Positions 58,980-64,000 of a stretch of 64,000 nucleotides of DNA are shown here, piece after piece. Made by a program: the position numbers and the translations under genes. How positions within the stretch are numbered: the stretch's first letter is position 1; each line of letters begins with the position of its first letter. The notes beneath the pieces are model-generated. The model made no database searches and had not been told where the DNA came from. It saw only the letters and a program-made list of their open reading frames with translations. Location of the stretch: positions 9,729 to 73,728 of the forward strand of contig CAZTUZ010000002.1 of the NCBI GenBank assembly GCA_964617055.1, in the 5' to 3' direction. Source of the DNA: an uncultured Thiothrix sp. GTDB lineage: Bacteria; Pseudomonadota; Gammaproteobacteria; Thiotrichales; Thiotrichaceae.

Positions 58980-60332
58980 ATGCAAACACCGCTGATTCCC
59001 GCCACTGAATACGCCGCGCGTCGCCGTCGGCTGCTCGATCAACTGGGTAACGATGCGATTGCCATTGTGCCATCCGGCAGTTTGAAAGTGCGCAACCGCG
59101 ATGCCGAATACCCGTTTCGCCAAGATAGCGATTTTCACTATTTGACCGGATTTAACGAGCCGGAAGCGGTGGCGGTATTCGCGCCTAACCGTGAAGATGG
59201 TGAATTTGTATTATTTTGCCGCGAGAAAAATCCGGCAATGGAACGCTGGACGGGATTGCGTGCGGGATTAGAGGGGGCGCAAGCCTTGCACGGTGCGGAT
59301 GTGGCGTACCCGATAGCGGAGTTGGCAGCGATCATGCCGCACTTGCTCACGGGGCGCGATCAGGTGCATTACGATTTGGGCGCGAACCCCGAATTTGATC
59401 AGCAGATGATTGGCTGGATTAACCAATTGCGTGCCAAAGCGCGGGCGGGGATTCGTGCGCCACACGCGATTGTGATGTTAGACCGCATTTTACACGACAT
59501 GCGCTTGTTCAAATCCGAGGCGGAAATTGCCGTGATGCGTTACGCCGCGCAAGTGTCCGCGCAAGCCCATACCCGCGCTATGCAGGTGTGTCAGCCAGCC
59601 ATGTTCGAGTACCAAATCGAGGCGGAATTTCTGCACATTTTCCGCCAGCATCGCATGGATTGCGCTTACACCACGATTGTGGGCGGCGGCAAAAATGCCT
59701 GCATTCTGCACTACATCGAAAATAACGAAGCTTTGCGCGATGGCGATTTATTGCTGATTGATGCAGGGGCAGAACACGACAATTACGCGGCGGATATTAC
59801 CCGCACTTTTCCCGTGAATGGCAAATTCAGCCCAGAACAACGCGCCCTGTACCAGTTGGTATTGGATGCGCAAAAAGCTGCTATCGACCAAGCCGTTGCA
59901 GGTAAAACGTGGGATGACCCGCACCAAGCAGCGGTGAAAGTATTAGCGCAAGGCTTAATCGATTTGGGGATTTTAAGCGGCACGTTAGAAGCAGCGATGA
60001 CCGCGCCGCCTGTAGTTGAGGGTGAACCACCGCAAGAAGCCCCGTATCGGCAGTTTTACATGCACAAAACCGGACACTGGTTAGGCATGGACGTACACGA
60101 TGTCGGTGATTACAAAATCGGCGATGCGTGGCGCACCTTGGAAGCGGGAATGGTGCTCACCGTTGAACCGGGTTTGTACATTTCCCCAGCGGAAAATGTC
60201 GACCCGAAATGGTGGAATATTGGCATTCGCATTGAAGACGACGTGCTGATTACCGCAGAAGGTAATGAAATCCTCACCCGCGACGTGGTGAAAGAAATTG
60301 CCGACATTGAAGCATTAATGGCGAACCACTAA
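58980..60332 (+). CDS. pepP: Xaa-Pro aminopeptidase
   Basis: About 450 aa. Metal ligand blocks DAGAEHDNYAADITRT, HKTGHWLGMDVHD and GMVLTVEPG..IRIEDD are present. Confidence 0.93.
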   Translation: MQTPLIPATEYAARRRRLLDQLGNDAIAIVPSGSLKVRNRDAEYPFRQDSDFHYLTGFNEPEAVAVFAPNREDGEFVLFCREKNPAMERWTGLRAGLEGAQALHGADVAYPIAELAAIMPHLLTGRDQVHYDLGANPEFDQQMIGWINQLRAKARAGIRAPHAIVMLDRILHDMRLFKSEAEIAVMRYAAQVSAQAHTRAMQVCQPAMFEYQIEAEFLHIFRQHRMDCAYTTIVGGGKNACILHYIENNEALRDGDLLLIDAGAEHDNYAADITRTFPVNGKFSPEQRALYQLVLDAQKAAIDQAVAGKTWDDPHQAAVKVLAQGLIDLGILSGTLEAAMTAPPVVEGEPPQEAPYRQFYMHKTGHWLGMDVHDVGDYKIGDAWRTLEAGMVLTVEPGLYISPAENVDPKWWNIGIRIEDDVLITAEGNEILTRDVVKEIADIEALMANH

Positions 60333-60470
60333 GCGTTTCTAGTGGCGAGTCGATTGGGCGAGGATGCGGATTATTACTGCGTCCGTCGTCGAATGATGGA
60401 ATGGCCTCCACGGGTACAGCACGGCATCATAGTGCCACCCAAATCACTGCAAACACCGAGGAGGCCAAGC

Positions 60471-61502
60471 ATGAAAAATACCATCATCACCATTGATCTT
60501 GCAAAGTCCGTATTCGAGTTGGCGGTAGCCAACGCCCATTACCGTATCACCCTGCGCAAACGGCTCGACCTGGCAGGGTTTACGGAATTCATGCACCAGC
60601 AGGAACCCGCCACCGTTGTGATGGAAGCCTGCGGCACTGCCCACCACTGGGGACGGCAATTCCGTGCTGCGGGGCATGAAGTGGTGCTGTTGCCCGCGCA
60701 ATACGTGCGCCCTTACCGCCGCCGCAATAAAACTGACCGTGCCGACTGCGAAGCCCTGCTGGAAGCCTTCCGCTGTGACGGGTTGAAACCTGTCGCGCTG
60801 AAAAGTCTGGAACAGCAGGAACTGCAACACATGCACCGCCTGCGTGAACAGTGGAAACAAACCCGGCAGAAACGGATGAACTTCCTGCGGGGCGTTTTCC
60901 GTGAGCAGGGTATCCCGTTGCCGCTGGGCGACGCCGAAGCATTGCGCGAAGCCAATACCCATGTGGAAACACTGTCATCGCTGACCCTGCACCTGCTCCA
61001 GCCACTGCTGGACGAACTGAAGGGGCTGGAGGAGTCCATGCACACCCTGGAACAACAAATCGTCCAGGCCACCCGGCATAACGAAGCGGTTGCCTGCTTG
61101 CAAACCATCCCCGGTATTGGCCTGATCACCAGCACTGCCCTGGTGGCGGCGATTGGCAAACCGGAACAGTTCAAATCGGGTCGGCAACTCGCCTGCTGGC
61201 TGGGCATCACCCCGCGTGAAAGCAGCAGCGGCAACCGGCGTCATTTGGGCAGCATCACCAAAAAGGGGAATGTCTATTTGCGCACCTTACTGATTCACGG
61301 CGCACGTTCTGCGCTGGTGTCGGCCAAGCGGCTGGCGAAAGCGGGCAAACTCCCCAGCCGCCTGCAACAATGGGCTATCCAGCTCGAACAGCGGATAGGG
61401 CACAACAAAGCTACCGTGGCACTGGCTAACAAGTTGGCGCGGATCGTCTGGGCGTGCTGGAAAAGCGGCACGCCGTACCAGCCGGGGCATTGCCCGGCCT
61501 GA
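60471..61502 (+). CDS. IS110-family DEDD transposase/recombinase
   Basis: The ATG at 60471 is preceded by GAGGAGG. The N-terminus is MKNTIITIDLAKSVFELAV...VMEACGTAHHW. The C-terminal Transposase_20-like block is IPGIGLITSTALVAAIG...FKSGRQLACWLGITPRESSSG. Confidence 0.9.
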   Translation: MKNTIITIDLAKSVFELAVANAHYRITLRKRLDLAGFTEFMHQQEPATVVMEACGTAHHWGRQFRAAGHEVVLLPAQYVRPYRRRNKTDRADCEALLEAFRCDGLKPVALKSLEQQELQHMHRLREQWKQTRQKRMNFLRGVFREQGIPLPLGDAEALREANTHVETLSSLTLHLLQPLLDELKGLEESMHTLEQQIVQATRHNEAVACLQTIPGIGLITSTALVAAIGKPEQFKSGRQLACWLGITPRESSSGNRRHLGSITKKGNVYLRTLLIHGARSALVSAKRLAKAGKLPSRLQQWAIQLEQRIGHNKATVALANKLARIVWACWKSGTPYQPGHCPA

Positions 61503-61888
61503 CAAGGTTTTTCCCTTCCTGATCTTGCGTTGACGGTACAACGTTCATGGTTTGACAGGTTAAACCAGTAGCAGGACAAGCCGGTAACAAGTTTGGCGCG
61601 TCATAGCCCGCTCGAATGAAAGGCACCTGCTACGCGGTTTCCATGATGGCCCGAAGGCAAATGCCTTCCCGAAAGAGGCCGGATATATGAATGCATTTGA
61701 TCTGTTCAACACCTGTCCGTGGATCGAAGGCCAGAAAAGGGCAACATCAGGGATCATACAATTGAGGATAACAAGCCCCGGAACAGGATGCCTTCCACTC
61801 CGGCATTGTCAAGGAGCTTCCCTGCGGGACTCCTCCTTGACAATCCCTCCGTTACAGGCGGATGGGTTGGCATGGGTTTGTTGCATCA

Positions 61889-61911
61889 AAAGGCAAACGC
61901 CGTTTGCCTTT
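61889..61911. other. near-perfect palindrome aaaggcaaacg-c-cgtttgccttt
   Basis: Read directly. It could be a weak terminator for either the IS transcript or the convergent 216-aa ORF. The U-tracts are short. Confidence 0.35.
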
Positions 61912-61960
61912 ATGGAAAACTATTGCTTGGGGGTTGACTGTGGAGGCCATATATGATTTG

Positions 61961-62611
61961 TTAGGCAATTGTTTTTTTTGGCTGTGGTTGTAATGCGTCA
62001 TTTTTATCTTTTAAGTGCTTTATAAAAGCATCAATTGCAGGAAATGATGCTTTGCCAGCCATTGCCTTTCTTAAGTTACCAAGCACAAAGTGTCCTTCAT
62101 CATCAAGTCTAACTAAATATTTGAATTGTTCTTCGATGATTTCTCTGTCAGCAACGCCATTTAACCATGATAATAAAGCAACCTCTAATCCATTTAAGTG
62201 CTTTATCGCAAGTGCTAGTAACTGAGAAAGATGTTTTTGATTAAGATGAATCTTATCATCTTTAATATTTAAATCATCTTCGCTGTCTAATATCTCATGT
62301 AGAGCATGAGTTAGTAATAATTTATGTCGAGATGAAACATCAAATGGTTCTCTTAATACTAGACATTTGCACTGTTCTAACGATAACTCTTGTATAAAAG
62401 CCCTTGCAGCAGGAAGTGATTTATCTAATGAATCAGACCATCGCCTAACAACATCAATAGCATGTTCACGTCTGGATCGTTCATGGTCAGCAGCTAATTC
62501 TCTCTGAGAGTGCTTTAATTGATCTGCTGCAAACTTAACCTGTAAAGCAACAAATATAACACCTAGTGCAGTAATGAATGAAGAAATTGCACTAATCCAT
62601 TCTGGGGTCAT
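61961..62611 (-). CDS. hypothetical membrane-anchored protein (AT-rich, no family recognised)
   Basis: 216 aa. AGGAGA SD, an N-terminal TM (WISAISSFITALGVIFVALQV), then a helical soluble part. It is markedly more AT-rich than its surroundings. Confidence 0.6.
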   Translation of the reverse strand: MTPEWISAISSFITALGVIFVALQVKFAADQLKHSQRELAADHERSRREHAIDVVRRWSDSLDKSLPAARAFIQELSLEQCKCLVLREPFDVSSRHKLLLTHALHEILDSEDDLNIKDDKIHLNQKHLSQLLALAIKHLNGLEVALLSWLNGVADREIIEEQFKYLVRLDDEGHFVLGNLRKAMAGKASFPAIDAFIKHLKDKNDALQPQPKKTIA

Positions 62612-63049
62612 TGGGTGTTTCTCCTATTTTGCCTAACAGTTTATTAAACGGAACACTGGAGTATTGGGATTACAGCTTGTGTTTAATCAATGAACACGCT
62701 CCGTCTATTGGGTTCGTTGAGTGCTTGGAATGTGACATGGCGTTTAGGCGGTGATCTAAAACCCGTGCCAATGCTACCGCCCTGATTCGTCAATCAAGAC
62801 ACTCGGTATATCCATTCAGATAAACGGTATTAATTTACCTGATCCTGTAATTAATTACTAGGTTTTATGCTGGATAAATGACGCGATTTTTAGACGCTTG
62901 TTGTAATGCGCAAGCTGGATAACTATGCGTAGCGAGCCGTGCCGACGGTGTTGTCAGCCGCGATATGATTGATTAATGGAATATGCCCTGATATTCGGTA
63001 GTATACTTCCCAATATTAGGTAGTTTTAGCGAAATAGCAAACGTGAAGG

Positions 63050-64000
63050 GGAGTTGTCATGTTTGATGTCCTGATTGTTGGCGGCGGTATGGTGGGCGCG
63101 AGCCTTGCGGTGGCATTAAAGCCGTTGCGTTTGAAAGTGGGTTTGATTGAGGCATTTAACTTCGGCGTGGCGGAACAGCCGAGTTACGATGACCGTTCGA
63201 TTGCCTTGTCGTATGGTTCGAGCCGCATTTATCAGGGCATGGGGCTGTGGGATAAGCTGCGCGAGGGCGTGGAAAGCATTCAGCACATTCACATTTCTGA
63301 CCGTGGGCATTTTGGTGCAACGCGCTTGGATGCCAAGCAAGAAAACGTGCCAGCGTTGGGGTATGTGGTGGAAAGTCGCGTGCTGGGCAAGGTGTTGTAC
63401 GAAGCCTTGCAAGACAGCGCGGTGGCATTGTTTGTGCCAGCCAAAGTTTACGCGGTGGAACAGACTGCTGACTACGCCACCGTGCAAATCGACCGCGACG
63501 GCGTGGTGGATAGCGTGCAAACCCGTTTATTGGTGGTGTGTGATGGCACGCAGTCCAGCGTGCGCGAGATGTTAGGCATTGCGGTCAAGCGCAGTGATTA
63601 TCACCAAACCGCGTTAATTGCGAATGTTTCGACCAGTGAACCGCATCGCCACACCGCTTACGAGCGGTTTACCAGCAATGGTCCATTAGCCTTGTTGCCT
63701 TTGACGCAAGGGCGTTATTCCTTGGTGTGGACGCATCAAAGCGGCGAAGAAACCGCGACAATGGCATTGGACGATACGGCATTCTTAGCGAAATTACAGC
63801 AAGCGTTTGGTTATCGGCAGGGCGAATTTGTTAAAGTGGGGCAGCGTGCGACTTACCCATTAGTGTTGCAAAAGTCGGAACGTGAAGTGGCAGGGCGTGC
63901 TGTCGTGATGGGTAATGCATCCCACGCGTTGCACCCTGTTGCTGGACAAGGCTTGAATTTGGGTTTGCGTGATGTGGCAATAATGGCGGATTTACTAGCA
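63050..64000 (+). CDS. ubiH: 2-octaprenyl-6-methoxyphenol hydroxylase (UbiH family), 3-prime end outside the window
   Basis: Not in the ORF track because it runs off the window. The ATG at 63050 is preceded by GAAGGGGAG. MFDVLIVGGGMVGASLAVAL is a FAD-binding GxGxxG motif. Later blocks LLVVCDGTQSSVRE and GNASHALHPVAGQGLNLGLRD are present. Synteny with pepP fits. Confidence 0.85.

Larger units (their letters stand above)
60396..61955 (+). mobile_element. IS110-family insertion sequence, IS1111-like layout (approximate ends)
   Basis: A DEDD transposase ORF lies within a GC-richer segment. A 9-bp inverted repeat ggcctccac (60403-60411) / gtggaggcc (61940-61948) sits near both ends. The long non-coding part is downstream of the transposase. 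The element interrupts the pepP-ubiH neighbourhood. Confidence 0.65.

Noticed and set aside
60333-60402. Distal half of a putative attC on the pepP side of the IS
   Set aside because: I looked for a GTTRRRY core on the ORF strand (RYYYAAC on the plus strand) and found none. Only an imperfect hairpin, ggatgcgg...ctgcgtcc, is present. The cassette interpretation therefore remains incomplete.
60342-60470. N-terminal extension of the transposase ORF and the antisense ORFs inside the IS (60444-60962, 60589-61005, 60713-61234, 60975-61244, 61287-61626)
   Set aside because: The ATG at 60471 has a strong GAGGAGG SD and gives the canonical IS110 N-terminus. The other ORFs are GC-rich antisense open frames without start signals.
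61687-61956. 89-aa and 72-aa ORFs in the IS 3-prime tail
   Set aside because: They have no SD, overlap each other in different frames, and coincide with strong RNA hairpins. The region is better explained as non-coding RNA.

Overview
This is a chromosomal window from a gammaproteobacterium of roughly 50% GC. I cannot name the species. Gene order resembles Pseudomonas-type synteny: rnpB-(mraZ)-rsmH...ftsZ-lpxC-DUF721-M23-secA-argJ-mutT, plus zapA-ssrS and ygfB-pepP-ubiH. Most of the window is housekeeping. It holds a complete dcw cell-wall/division cluster (6.2-23.8 kb), secA/argJ, radA, ffh, the rpsP-rimM-trmD-rplS operon, mpl, ubiX, trx, aroC, birA-coaX, zapA and pepP. Two structural RNAs can be read directly: RNase P RNA at 5365-5708 (+) and 6S RNA at about 57523-57712 (-). 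Three short accessory inserts interrupt conserved neighbourhoods. (1) 37.0-41.2 kb, between ffh and rpsP: three tandem paralogous small lipoproteins, each with its own promoter and terminator, followed by two secreted or lipoprotein candidates sharing a Cys/His hydrolase-like motif pair. (2) 50.0-53.6 kb, between aroC and an MFS/birA block: a UPF0175/DUF3368 toxin-antitoxin pair convergent with an 887-914 codon Roc-COR (ROCO-type) GTPase. That GTPase has unassigned N- and C-terminal modules and an in-frame stop near its 5-prime end. (3) 60.3-63.0 kb, between pepP and ubiH: an IS110/IS1111-family element with a long structured 3-prime non-coding region, abutting an AT-rich single-ORF unit bounded by GTTAGGC/GCCTAAC core-like sites. 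Other points are an apparently decayed mraZ, a DEAD-box-like protein with degenerate catalytic motifs and an R/G/N-rich tail, and an orphan promoter-plus-terminator pair that could be a small RNA. The ROCO locus and the lipoprotein array are the best candidates for undescribed biology. All functional statements about them are inference from motifs read by eye; no database search was possible.
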